Source of the DNA: Leucoraja erinacea
Lineage: Eukaryota
DNA length: 64,000 nucleotides
NCBI RefSeq assembly: GCF_028641065.1
Contig: NW_026576484.1
Coordinates: 1-64,000, forward strand
Direction: 5' to 3'
In this document: positions 38,101-50,376 of the stretch, one piece after another
Position numbering within the stretch: the first letter of the stretch is position 1
How the letters are laid out: the number at the start of each line of letters is the position of its first letter
Program-made: the position numbers and the translations under genes
The notes under the pieces: generated by a model
Database searches by the model: none
Told to the model about the DNA's origin: nothing
Seen by the model: only the letters and a program-made list of their open reading frames with translations

Positions 38101-39650
38101 GGGGAAACTGCTAGAGTCAGTTATTAAAGATAGGATAGCAGCACATTTGGAAAGTGGTGAAATCATTGGACAAAATCAGCATGGATTTACGAAAGGTAAA
38201 TCATGTCTGACGAATTTTTCGAGGATGTAACTAGTAGCGTGGATAGGGGAGAACCAGTGGATGTGGTGTATCTGGACTTCCAGAAGGCTTTCGACAAGGT
38301 CCCACATAAGAGATTAGTATACAAACTTAAAGTACACGGCATTGGGGGTTCAGTATTGATGTGGATAGAGAACTGGCGGGCAAACAGGAAGCAAAGAGTA
38401 GGAGTAAACGGGTCCTTTTCACAATGGCAGGCAGTGACTAGTGGGGTACCGCAAGGCTCAGTGCTGGGACCCCAGCTATTTACAATATATATTAATGATC
38501 TGGATGAGGGAATTGAAGGCAATATCTCCAAGTTTGCGGATGACACTAAGCTGGGGGGCAGTGTTAGCTGTGAGGAGGATGCTAGGAGACTGCAAGGTGA
38601 CTTGGATAGGCTGGGTGAGTGGGCAAATGTTTGGCAGATGCAGTATAATTTCGAGGTAGTTAGTGTGTGATGCTGCATTCCTCCTCTCCTCCCCCCCCCC
38701 CCCCCCCCCCCACAACCGCACTTTGGGGGAACAGACCCAACGGGTCTGCACTTGGTCTAGTAATTATTGTAGATCTCTCTCTTTTTCCGAACCAAGTGTC
38801 AACTTTCCCTTGAAAACCATGGCTCTTTCCAATTTTTACTATTTCCTTTCAACCGAACAGGGACATAAAGATTCTGTACTCTTAAAATTTCATCTTTAAA
38901 TGTCCTGCATTTCTCTTCCACATTTTTCCCATAAAACAAACTGTTCCAATTTACTCCTTTTAAATTCTTTCGCATCTCCTCAAAGTTAGCCTTTCTCCAA
39001 TCAAAAATCTCAACCCTAGGTCCAGTTCTGACCCTCTCCATAATTATATTGAAACTAATGGTATTGCGATCACTGGTCCCAAACTGTTCCCCAACGCATA
39101 CCTCTGCCACCTGACCCGTCTCATTTCCTAACAGGAGGTCCAGCACTGCCCCTCCTCTAGTAGGTACTGCTATGTATTGCCGCAAAAAACTATCCTGCAC
39201 ACATTTTACAAACTCCAACCCATCCAGCCCATTTACACAATGTGTTTCCCAGTCTATGTGTGGAAAATTGAAATCTCCCACAATCACTACCTTGTGCTTA
39301 TTACTAATATCTGCAATCTCCTTACATATTTGCTCTTCCAATTCTCGCTCCCCATTTGGCGGTCTGTGATACACCCCTATAAGTGTTGCTACACCTTTCC
39401 CACTTCTCAGTTCCACCCAAATAGCCTCCCTAGACGAGCCCTCCAATCTATCCTGCCAAAGCATTGCTGTAATATCTTCCCTGACTAGCAATGCAACACC
39501 TCCACCTCTTGCCCCTCCAATTCTATGACACCTGAAGCAACAAAATTCTGGAATATTTAGTTTCCAATCATAGCCCTCTTGCAACCATGTTTCACTGATC
39601 GCCACAACATCATACTTCCAGGTGTCTATCCAGGCTCTAAGTTCATCCAG
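35171..39650 (-). mobile_element. CR1 LINE (APE endonuclease and RT, deleted), split by a Helitron
   Basis: ORF 38799-39677 (ISETWL, GDFNFP, LDLLL) and 35915-36901 ([14 protein letters not shown]); aaccatat tail. Confidence 0.93.
37127..38760 (+). mobile_element. Non-autonomous Helitron carrying a CR1 RT fragment (about 37497-38650)
   Basis: A|TCTATATTAC 5' end; hairpin cagaccc-aac-gggtctg, then CTAG|T 3' end; no TSD; host CR1 (gccta|taattattg) rejoins. Confidence 0.88.
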
Positions 39651-40160
39651 TCTGGTGAACCTACAGAGAAGGTTCACCAGACTGATTCCTGGGATGTCAG
39701 GACTTTCATATGAAGAACGACTGGATAGACTCGGTTTGTACTAGCTAGAATTTAGAAGATTCAGGGGGATCTTATAGAAACTTACAAAATTCTTAGGGGT
39801 TGGACAGGCTAGATGCAGGAAGATTGTTCCCGATGTTGGGGAAGTCCAGGACAAGGGGTCTCAGTTTAAGGATAAGGGGGAAATCTTTTAGGACCGAGAT
39901 GAGGAAAACATTTTTCACACAGAGAGTGGTGAATCTCCGGAATTCTCTGCCACCGAAGGTAATTGAGGCCAGTTCATTGGCTATATTTAAGAGGGAGTTA
40001 GATGTGGCCCTTGTGGCTAAAGTGATCAGGGGGTATGGAGAGAAGGCAGGTACAGGATACTGAGTTGGATGATCAGCCATGATCATATTGAATGGCGGTA
40101 CAGGCTCGAAGGGCCGAATGGCCTACTCCTGCATCTATTTTCTATGTTTCTATGTTTCTA
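39651..40160 (+). mobile_element. CR1 3' end, (TTTCTATG)n family
   Basis: Very similar to 13085-13561 and 55020-55535. Confidence 0.9.
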
Positions 40161-42042
40161 GATCTTGAGCAAAAAAACTGCTGGAGGAATATTGAGTCAC
40201 ACCATTTAGTGAAGCCACCTAACAAAAGGTTGCTCTTTGGAGGCGAATAGTCACTTCCTGACTAACTGCTGACTCTTTTTAACTTGGCTCAGAATGCTAT
40301 GATTACCCGTTTTCTATTGCACAAATGCATGAGTTAAGAGTCGAGTCAAGAATGTACAATTGTCATGTGTACCCACAACACAACACTGAAATTCTTATTT
40401 GCAGCAGCATAACAGGCGTGTAAACATAATACTCATAGATTGTATGAGAACAAATGAGAAACGATTGAATTCAATAACTGAGAAACAATAATTCAATAAA
40501 TGAGAAACAAATGAATTCAATAACTTAATCCTAATACAATAACTTAACCCTAATACAATAGTGCAAAAAATACTAACCCTAATACTAGTGCAAAAAAGCT
40601 CAGGGTGCTCCCATCAAATCTTATCAGTCGCTTGTTAATCACATGACTGCGTCCAACTGCTGTCTGGTTCGTTGATCGTATTGCTAGATATGAACTGTTT
40701 TGGGAGAGAAAAATGCTCACGGTAGACCAAACTTGTTAAACAGAAATTGGTCAGATATTGAGCTTTACACAGTGAGAAATAATCACTGAATTTTATTGTA
40801 AATGAATGTACCTGCATGTTATACTGTTTAGTTTGGCGATACAGCCAGATAGTCCACTGAGTTCGTACTGACCAGCGAGTTTTGTTTTTCCTATTTGTCA
40901 ATTATTTTGTGCCTGATTATTTGCCGGCCAATCAATCGCTGCCTCTAAGGGAGTTGCGTCCAATCACCAACCAGCTTGCCCTAAAATTCCCGTCCAATCA
41001 ACAAATAGGTCTCCTCCCCTCCAATCAGCCGCTGTCTCCAAGGGCATTGTATCCAATCACATAATGCAGTTTAATAGTAATTAGCTGCTACGGTAAAGGT
41101 TGGAAGCCAGCGGGAGCAGGAGACATTCACACAGTGTATAATCCATAGCACCTTAGTGTACAATTTCATAATATATACTAAATAACTGGGCTGATGGACC
41201 TTGGCTTGGAACCTGGGGCTCACCAAAATTGTTCCCAATTGGGCCCCGCACCTCCTAAGGCCGGTCCTGGATAGAATTGGTTGCTTGGTAATAGCTGGCA
41301 AGAAATTGTCCCTGCATTTTCCCACTTTGGTGCCTCTTGCATGATGGGAGGGGAGAAGAGGGAGTGACCGGGGTCCAACTCAACCCACCGAGCCCATGCA
41401 AACCATCGATCTCCTGTTCACACTAGTGCTCCCATTTTCTCATCCACTACCTACCCAATATGGAACAATTTCACAGAGCCCCCTAAAACGATGCGTCTTT
41501 GGGATGTGGGTGAAAATTGGAGCACAGGAGAATGTGCAAACTACACACAGACACGACAGAGGTGATAATCAAACCCATGAGGCAGTGGCTCCAGCAGCTG
41601 CACCACTGTGCCACTCTAAATTTTCTTGGATTTAACGAAAAGAAGACAGAGGTGATTTTATTTGATCCCAATGGCTGCCGTGAACCTCCATTTGTTGATT
41701 TAGGTCCATTGTCAACACAGAAACACAGAAAGTAGGTGCGAGAGTAGACCACCAGGTCCGTCGAGCCCGCACCGCCATTCGCTCATGGCTGAACACTAAA
41801 CAGACACACTTACCCACAAACAGTAGACACAAGACACAGAACACAAGACACTACCCTCCCCTTTATACCGCTATCACCCCTCTCCACCCCAAGAACCTTG
41901 TGATCTCCTGGGGGAGGCAAAAAACCGGATAAAAACCCAGGTCCAATTCGGGAAAAAAATCCGGGAAATTCCTCTCCGACCCCAATCCAGGCGATCGACA
42001 CTTGTCCAGGAGATCACTCAGGTCTTACTATACTAACCATAC

Positions 42043-44937
42043 CTAGGTCCATATCCCTGCCCTCTCTCCGTAGCCCCTTATCCCCTTGGCAGCTAAAAAC
42101 CCATCTATTTTAGTCTTAAATATATTTAAAGTTTCTGCTTCCACTGCTCCCTGGGGCAGTGAATTCCATAAATTAACCACCCTCTGGGTGAAGAAGTTCT
42201 TCCTCATCTCAGTTTTAAAAGAGCCCCCCCTTATTCTGCAGCTATGTCCCCTAGTTCTAGTTTCCCCGATCATTGGGAACATCCTCGGTGCATCCACCCG
42301 ATCAAGGCCCCTCACGATCTTATATGTTTCAATGAGATCGCCTCTCATTCTTCTAAACTCCAAAGAGTAGAGTTCCAGCCTACTTAACCTTTCCTCATAT
42401 GTCAATCCCCTCATTGCAGGAATTAATCTTGTAAACCTTCGCTGCACTGCCTCCAGGGCTAGTACATCCTTTCTTAAGTATGGACCCCAGAACTGTACAC
42501 AGTATTCCAAATGTGGTCTCACTAATACTGTGTACAGCTGCAGCAAGACCTCCGTGTTTTTATACTCAATCCCCCTAGCAATAAAGGCCAAAACTCCATT
42601 GGCCTTCCTGATTGCTTGCTGCACCTGCATACTAACTTTCAGTGATTCATGTACTAATACCCCTAGATCCCTTTGCGTTGCATTACAACGCAGCTCCTCC
42701 TCATTTAGAAAATAACTTGCCCTATCATTTTTTTTTCCCAAAGTGAATAACTTCACATTAATAGTATTAAATTTCATCTGCCAAGTTGTTGCCCACTCAC
42801 CTAGCTTATCTATATCCTTTTGCAGACTCTTCCTATCCTCCTCATCCCCTACTTTTCCTCCCATTTTTGTATCGTCCGCAAATTTTGATATATTACACTT
42901 GGTTCCCTCCTCCAAATCATTTATATAAATTGTGAACAACTGGGGTCCCAGCACCGACCCTTGCGGAACCCCGCTAGTTACCGGTTGCCATCCCGAGTAT
43001 GAACCATTTATCCCCACTCTCTGCTTCCTATTTGTTAGCCAATCCTCTACCCATGCTAATATATTACCCCCAATCCCATAATTTTTTTATTTTTAGCAAT
43101 AGTCTCTTATGTGGCACCTTGTCAAAAGCCTTTTGGAAGTCCAAGTATACCACATCCACCGGTTCCCCTTTATCCACCCGGGTTGTTACTTCCTCAAAGA
43201 ATTCGAGCAGATTCGTTAAACAGGACTTCCCCTTCACAAAACCATGCTGGTTCTGTCCGATGAAGTCATGTTTATCCAAGTGCCCCGTTAGTGTTTCTTT
43301 AATAATTGTCTCTAACATTTTACCCACCACCGATGTTAGACTAACCGGTCTATAGTTACCCGCCTTCTGTTTACTTCCTTTTTTAAATATAGGTGTTACA
43401 TTGGCCATTTTCCAATCCACTGGGACCGTTCCTGCCTCCAGGGAGTTTTGGAAAATTATCACCAATGCATCCACAATCCCCACCGCTATCTCCCTCAAGA
43501 CCCTTGGATGTAATCCATCAGGCCCAGGGGATTTATCCTCCTTCAGTCTCATTAATTTCCCTAATACCACCTCCTTGGTGATCTTAATAGTATTTAGCTC
43601 CTCCATTCCTACCGCCCCCTGTTTATCCAGCGTTGGAATATTTTTTTTGTGTCTTCTATGGTGAAGACTGATACAAAATACTCGTTTAATGCCTTTGCCA
43701 TTTCCATGTTCCCCACCAACAACTCTCCAGTCTCACCCTCCAATGGACCAACGTTCACCTTAGCCACCCTTTTTCTTTTTATATAGCTATAAAAACTCTT
43801 ACTATTAGTTTTTATGTTGTTCGCTAAATTCCTTTCATAGTCTATTTTCCCCGTCTTAATTAATCTCTTAGTTATTTTTTGCTGACCTTTAAATGCTTCC
43901 CAATCCTCTACCCTCCCACTATCTCTGGCTACCTTATATGCCCTTGCCTTCAGCCGAATACTATCCTTTATAGTTTTACTGAGCCATGGCTGACAGTTCT
44001 TACCCTTACCCCTTTTTTTCTTCATAGGAATAAATTTTTCTTGAAGGTTATACAGTATACCCTTAAACGTACACCACTGCTCATGTACCGTCTTATTCTT
44101 GAGTCTGCTATCCCAGTCAACTTTGATCAGCTCAGTCCTCATACCTTCATAATCCCCCTTATTTAGACTAAGCACCCTAGCCTGAGTTTCAACCTGCTCC
44201 CCTTCTATTTGAATATGGAATTCGACCATGTTGTGGTCACTTGTTCCCAACGAGTCCCTAACTATGACATTTTTAATTAATCCTGCTTCATTACACAGGA
44301 CCAGATCCAAGATTGCCTCCCCCCTTGTCGGTTCTGTGACATACTGTTCTAGGAACCCGTCTCTAATACATTCTATAAACTCTTCCTCTAGTCTACCCTG
44401 CCCAGTTTGGTTTGCCCAATTAATATGAAAATTGAAGTCCCCCATGATTACAGCAGTTCCCTTTTTACATGCGTCAACTATTTGCAGATTTATGTTCTGA
44501 CTAACAGCGTCACAGCTATTTGGAGGTCTATAAATTACACCCACTAGTGTTTTTTTCCCCTTATTATTCTCTATCTGTACCCAAGCTGTTTCACTATCCT
44601 GATCCTTCAACGCAATATCCTTCCTCTCTATTGCCGTTATTCCCTCCCTTATTAAAAGGGCCACCCCTCCTCCCTTTCTTTCCTGTCTATCTTTCCTAAT
44701 TGTCGAGTACCCCTCTATATTTAACTCCCAGTCCTGATCCCCTTGCAGCCATGTCTCCGTAATGGCCACGATATCATAACTATATATACTTAATTGCACC
44801 ATTAATTCATTTATCTTATTACGAATACTCCGTGCATTTAGATAAAGCACTTTCAGATGATTTTTACTACCCTTCCTTTCCGTTTTTGCCCCTTTTACAT
44901 CTAAAGCTTTATCTTCACACATTCTGTCTCCTGTCAC
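42043..44937 (-). pseudogene. CR1 ORF2p (APE endonuclease and RT), frameshifted into three ORFs
   Basis: ORFs 43609-44937, 43064-43606, 42043-43017; [36 protein letters not shown]. Confidence 0.92.
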
Positions 44938-45026
44938 ATTTTGACTTTCCGCTTCCCCACTGATATCCTGCTCTATTTCCTCTACCCCTGCCGTTATTAC
45001 CCCCCTTGATACCTCCCCCCCGCTAC

Positions 45027-45980
45027 TTAGTTTAAAGACCTCTCTACTGCCCTAGTTATATGATTTGCCAGGACCCCAGTCCCAGCACCGTTCAGGTGAA
45101 GTCCGTCCTTACAGAACAGATCTCCCCTGTCCCAGTACTGGTGCCAGTGGCCCAAGAAACCAAACCCTTTATTCCCACACCAGTCTTTGAGCCACGTATT
45201 TAGCTTTTTAATTTTACGTACCCTCGCCGATTTGGCCCGTGGCTCAGGTAGCAATCCGGAGATCAGTACCCTCGAGGTTCTGCTTTTTAATTTATTCCCT
45301 AACTGCTCAAACTCCTTCAGCAGATCCTCCTTCCTCGTCCTTCCTATGTCATTGGTCCCCACATGGACCACGACCACTGGATCCTCCCCCTCCCTCTGCA
45401 AATTTCTCTCCAGCATCGCAGAGATATCCTTAACCCTAGCACCGGGTAGGCAACACAGCCTTCGGGACATGTTCTGCTGGCCGCAGAGAACCTTATCTAC
45501 CCCCCGAATAATACTATCCCCTATCACTACGGCATTTCTTCTAACTCCCCCCTCTTGAATGGCCTCCTGATCCACGGTGCTGCAGCCAGGTTGCTCATCC
45601 CTCCCACAGCCCCTGATCCCGTCCTTACATTGAGTAAGAGCCTCGGTCATGCTCGTCAGGGACAAGGGCTGTGGCCCCTGCCGCATCTCCTCCTGGTTCC
45701 CCCTACCTGCCTCGCTTATGGCCACACCTTCCTTTCCTTGCTCACTGCCTACTGAATTAGTTAAACTGGTCGGTGTGACCATCCCCTGGCACAAAACATC
45801 CAGGTAATACTCCCCCTCCCTGATGTACCGCAGCGTATGAAGTTGGGTCTCCAGCTCATCAATGCGGAGCTGGAGTTCCTCTAGCCTCAAACACTTACTG
45901 CAGCTGTAGGGATCTTCTACATCAATGGTGTCGACAAATTCCCACATCTCGCAGTATTGGCACATCTCCTGACCGCCCAT
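45027..45980 (-). CDS. CR1 ORF1p (CxxC zinc finger, coiled coil, SGNH esterase domain)
   Basis: CQYC...CSKC, VIGDSII, CLPGARV, VHVGTND, DGLHLN; uninterrupted 317 aa. Confidence 0.92.
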   Translation of the reverse strand: MGGQEMCQYCEMWEFVDTIDVEDPYSCSKCLRLEELQLRIDELETQLHTLRYIREGEYYLDVLCQGMVTPTSLTNSVGSEQGKEGVAISEAGRGNQEEMRQGPQPLSLTSMTEALTQCKDGIRGCGRDEQPGCSTVDQEAIQEGGVRRNAVVIGDSIIRGVDKVLCGQQNMSRRLCCLPGARVKDISAMLERNLQREGEDPVVVVHVGTNDIGRTRKEDLLKEFEQLGNKLKSRTSRVLISGLLPEPRAKSARVRKIKKLNTWLKDWCGNKGFGFLGHWHQYWDRGDLFCKDGLHLNGAGTGVLANHITRAVERSLN

Positions 45981-47475
45981 CTTATATAAGTAATTAACTG
46001 GTCCTATTTAAGAATCCCCTACTGTATTGATACACCCCTTATTTATATAATCCTACCTCCTATAAATCGGAAAGTACTCACCCCAGCCGTAAATTACCTA
46101 CTGGTTTGGCTGTCTAGTGGTAATTCCGTCCGCTCTTCCTGTCTGGTCCACTGTACAACCCACCAACTGGTCCGTCGCCGGGCCCGACCTCTCTCTCAAT
46201 TCGCTTCGTCACTCCGTACTGCAGGCCGCTGCTTCCCCTCCCTCGATCGCTCTGGGCCCGAGCTCCTCTCACTCTTCCCCCGGCGCGGCCTCTGCTGCTC
46301 CTGCTGCTGCCTCACTCTTCCCCGGCGCGGCCTCACGACGCTGCTGCTACTGCCACCTGTCTCGGCCTTTCCCCGGCGCGGCCTCTACTCGGCTCCGCCC
46401 TGCCAGCTGGTTCACTGTGTGTCCCCGGCGCTGCTGCTGCTACTGCTCCCAGTCTACGGCGCTGTTGCTGCTGTAGCTGCTGCTGGCGGCTCTGTGACTG
46501 TCCCCGGCTCTGTGACTGTCGACTGTCGACTGTCGACTGCGACTGCGACTGTCCCCGGTGCGGCCTCCCGGCGCTGCTCCCCGTCAGTGAATGAGAATGC
46601 TGCCTGAATTTGGGTTCAGATAACATGCAAACAAACCACGGTTCACGAGACGTCAAGGTACGTGAAGCCAACAGTTGTGAACCTGGGTTTTAGGATGGAC
46701 AGTGACTTTAAATTAGATCGCCAAATATGCGCGGTGGTTAAGTCCAGCTTCTTTCACCTAAGGAAGCTGGCGAAGGTGAAGCCCATTCTCGAGCGGCAGC
46801 ATTTTGAGACAGTAATCCATGCCTTTATTACATCTAGGCTGGATTACTGTAACGCGTTCTATTTTGGAGTTGCTCGTTTTTCACTGGCTCGTCTCCAGTT
46901 GGTTCAGAATGCTGCTGCTCGCCTTTTAACTGGGACTCGAAAGAGGGAGCACATATCGCCAATTCTGGACTCCCTACACTGGCTCCCGGTGCTCTTTCGA
47001 GTTCATTTTAAGATACTGTTATTTGTTTTTAAATCTCTGAATGGGCTCGCCCCGCCTTACCTCTCTGAGCTGCTTCACCCATACGCTCCTGCCCGGTCCC
47101 TCAGGTCAGCTGGTCAGCTGCTCCTGGAGGTACCGAGGTCTAGTCGGAGGCTCAGAGGGGATAGAGCCTTCTCTGTTGCTGCTCTGGCACTCTGGAACAC
47201 CCTGCCATTGCACATCAGACAGGCCCCCTCACTGTCCATCTTCAAATCCAGTGTTAAAACACATTTGTACTCCCTGGCTTTTGACCGTGCCTGAGACTTT
47301 GCTTCTGTTTTTGGTGTTTTTGATGTTTCTTTATTTTACATGTCTTTTCCTACTATTTCTTTTGATTGTTATTTTTGGTGTGTATTAACTTTTTTTTGTC
47401 AATGATTAGTGATGTACAGCACTTTGTTGCAACTATGCTTGTTTTTAAAGTGCTTTATAAATAAAATTATTATTA

Positions 47476-47541
<66 letters not shown>

Positions 47542-48486
47542 CCAAAGATGATCTACAAAGGGAGATTTACAAAATGTTTTACAAGGTGGTGGCAGCAAGT
47601 AAAAAAAAAGTTGAAGACAAGCCGGTCGTGGTACAGTGGCTTGGCACAGTATACTTTACCCTTTTAAGTTGCTCTTACCACTCAATACAAATGATGGTAT
47701 GGAAGGAGGGGATGGGAGGGGAGGGGAGGGGAGTGTGGGGTTGGAGGGGAGTGGGGTGTGTGTGTGGGCAGGGGGGTGTAGGAGGGGGAGAGCATGGTTT
47801 GGGGGGGGGCGGGCGGTGGGGGAGGGTGTGTGTGGTGGTGGGGGGGGGGGTGGGGTGGTAGGGGAGGTGTGTATGTGTTGCATCTCTTGTTGCATTCTGC
47901 AGCTGGGGAAGGGGATGGCTTCAGACGGGGGCTGTTGGGAGCAGGTTGGGGAGGGGGAGCGTTCTGCATCCAGGGGAGGGGATGCATCATAGGATGCTTC
48001 CCCCCCCATCCCCGGACCCCGACAGCCCCCTCCTGAAGCCGTCCCTCTCCCAAACTGCAGGACGCTCTCCACCACCGGCCCCCACCTGAAGCCGTCCCAT
48101 CACCAAGTGAACAACTCTTAAAATATAAAAACAATTTAAATTTATTCAGTCCATTCTTTCTTGTTGCATCTCTTGTTGCATTCTGCAGCTGGCGGAGCAG
48201 GGTGGCTTCAGNNNNNNNNNNNNNNNNNNNNNNNNNNNNNNNNNNNNNNNNNNNNNNNNNNNNNNNNNNNNNNNNNNNNNNNNNNNNNNNNNNNNNNNNN
48301 NNNNNNNNNNNNNNNNNNNNNNNNNNNNNNNNNNNNNNNNNNNNNNNNNNNNNNNNNNNNNNNNNNNNNNNNNNNNNNNNNNNNNNNNNNNNNNNNNNNN
48401 NNNNNNNNNNNNNNNNNNNNNNNNNNNNNNNNNNNNCGCGGGGGCCCGAGCGAGCCCGGAGAGACCTGAGGACCAAAGATCCTATA

Positions 48487-49361
48487 GGGGGGTTGCACGT
48501 AAGGTCACTGGGTCATAGGGCTCGACGCACAGAGCCGCTAAATCCAACTGGAAGACATCCATCACTTCCGGTATATGTTATTAATGCTAGAAACGCATAC
48601 TTTCCTACCTGTTAAAAACCGCCAAAATGTTGATTTTCTGCGTTGAAAGAAATTGTGGGAGTTGGGGTAGGTGTGAGAGACATGTACTCAACTTTAGAAT
48701 TCCAAACGTGAAGCGAAATGAAGGCATAGAGAAGCGAGAACTGAAGGGACTACAGCAGCTAAAGTGGTTGGTAAACATTGAAAATATTGGGAATTATCGC
48801 GTTTGCTCACTGCATTTCATCAAGTAAGGCTTTATTTGTGTTTTTTCTTGATTCCTTTGGTATCTAAAAAGTCTCAGAAGTGATAAATCTGGCTGTAAAT
48901 TTTACTTCAGATGCGTTTTCATTTTGTATGTAAAAACCCACGGGAACCATGGGCGATTTAAAAAAATTACAGCCAGATTTATCACTTCTGAAATTTTTTA
49001 GATGCCAAAGGAATCAAGAAAAAACACAAATAATGCCTTACTGTTGATGAAATGCAGTGAGCAAATGGCCAATGTTCGCCAAGCACTCTGGCTGTTGTTG
49101 TCCCTTCAGCTCTCGTTTCTATTTACCATCATTTCTCAGCACATTTGGAATTCTGAAGTAGGCTAAATGTCTCACACGCTTATCCCGATTTCCATAATTA
49201 TTTGCAGCGCAAAAATTGACAATTTCAGTGGGTTTTAACGGGCCTGCACCGCTGGAAACAATGGTCAGTGCTTACCTGCAGTTCATCGCGTGTACTGCAT
49301 TTGGAGTTGCGTAGCAACAGTAGGGGTCATGGGTCGTGACCCGACTGCCGTGAAACCTCCC
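48487..49361. mobile_element. MITE with GGG...CCC termini and TATA duplication, inserted in a micro-MITE
   Basis: GGGGGGTTGCACG / CGTGAAACCTCCC; internal IR about 48801-48902 vs 48963-49066. Confidence 0.7.
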
Positions 49362-49699
49362 TATAGAGATCTATAGGCTCTTTGCTGAGAGCTATCAAAA
49401 GCAGTGGAGGACCGGCTGATCGTGGCTTCCGCCAGCATTATAGAGGATCGGGCTGGGTAGGGTAGTGAGGAAAGGGAAGAGAGGGAGGGCGGAGTAGTAG
49501 GGAGGTGAGAAGAGGAGGGCGGAACCGGGCGAGTGAGTGGGCTGCAAAATGCGGAAAGAGACAGAACCGGCTTAACTCGCCGGAAACCTGCGGCTGAGTG
49601 AGTGAGCGGGCGGGCGGGAGATGGGAGAGGCATGGCTTCACAAGCTGCGCGGTCAGTGCGGAGAAAGCTCTTCAACACGTGATCTGCAGATCTGCAGAA

Positions 49700-49732
49700 C
49701 AAAGATCCTATAGCGGAGCTGTACGATCTTTG
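49700..49732. mobile_element. 33-bp micro-MITE (CAAAGAT...ATCTTTG)
   Basis: TSD ctgcagaa/ctggagaa (7/8). Confidence 0.7.
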
Positions 49733-50327
49733 CTGGAGAACTTTCTCGTTCTTTCCGCGCCTTTTGAAGGGGGGGTGGCTAACTAACCTCGTGGAAAACT
49801 GCGCATGCACGTTGACAGCAGCTGCATTCATCCAGATCGGCGGGGAGGGCAGGGCCATGAGGAAAGGCATTGGGAGGTCAGCAGCTGGGCAGCCTTTATA
49901 TTTTTTTTAAATGTCAGTTTGGTCATAAATTTTAGTAAATATCTCAGGAAATAATTCACCAAAATTATGGAGGAGTGGATTTTTGTAATCATAAGGAAAG
50001 TTTCTACCAGAAGATGTAAACATTTCACTGTTATTGTAACGTCAGCAGCCGGTCAGTGGTCAGATTTTTAAAAAAAGGTCAGAATGGTCAACAATTTTAA
50101 TTAAAAAGTCGGGAAAATAATGTACCAAATGTACAGGGGAGTAGATTTCTAAAATAACAAGGAAAATCTCTACTGAAATATGTAAAGATTTCCCCGTTTT
50201 GGCGTCTGGTTTTCGAGGAGATATGTTTCAAAGGCAAAATGTCGCGCACACACACACACAGACAGAGTTTTAAAAGTATACTAGACCAAGTGCAGACCCG
50301 TTGGGTCTGTTTCCCCAACGGCGTTTG

Positions 50328-50358
<31 letters not shown>

Positions 50359-50376
50359 CTGCGCTGCGGCACACAC

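Larger units (their letters stand above)
34533..41269. mobile_element. Non-autonomous hAT element hosting nested insertions
   Basis: TIR CAGGGTCGGCCTTA / TAAGGCCGGTCCTG; subterminal cccaattgggccccgc at both ends; 8-bp TSD gataggat/gatagaat; host repeat resumes on both sides. Confidence 0.85.
41716..46651 (-). mobile_element. Full-length CR1 LINE (5'UTR, ORF1, ORF2, 3'UTR)
   Basis: TSD gtcaa at 41711-41715 and 46652-46656; GC-rich 5'UTR; short-repeat 3' tail. Confidence 0.93.
41619..47540 (+). mobile_element. L2 LINE 3' portion with (TTA)n tail, interrupted by a full-length CR1
   Basis: NFLGFNEKKTEVILF...GPLS joins RYVKPTVVNLG...SRLDYCN...LQLVQNAAARL...LHWLPV; (TTA)n 47466-47540. Confidence 0.92.

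Noticed and set aside
47409-47861. Poly-Leu 'transmembrane' ORF
   Set aside because: Translation of the (TTA)n tail of the L2 element
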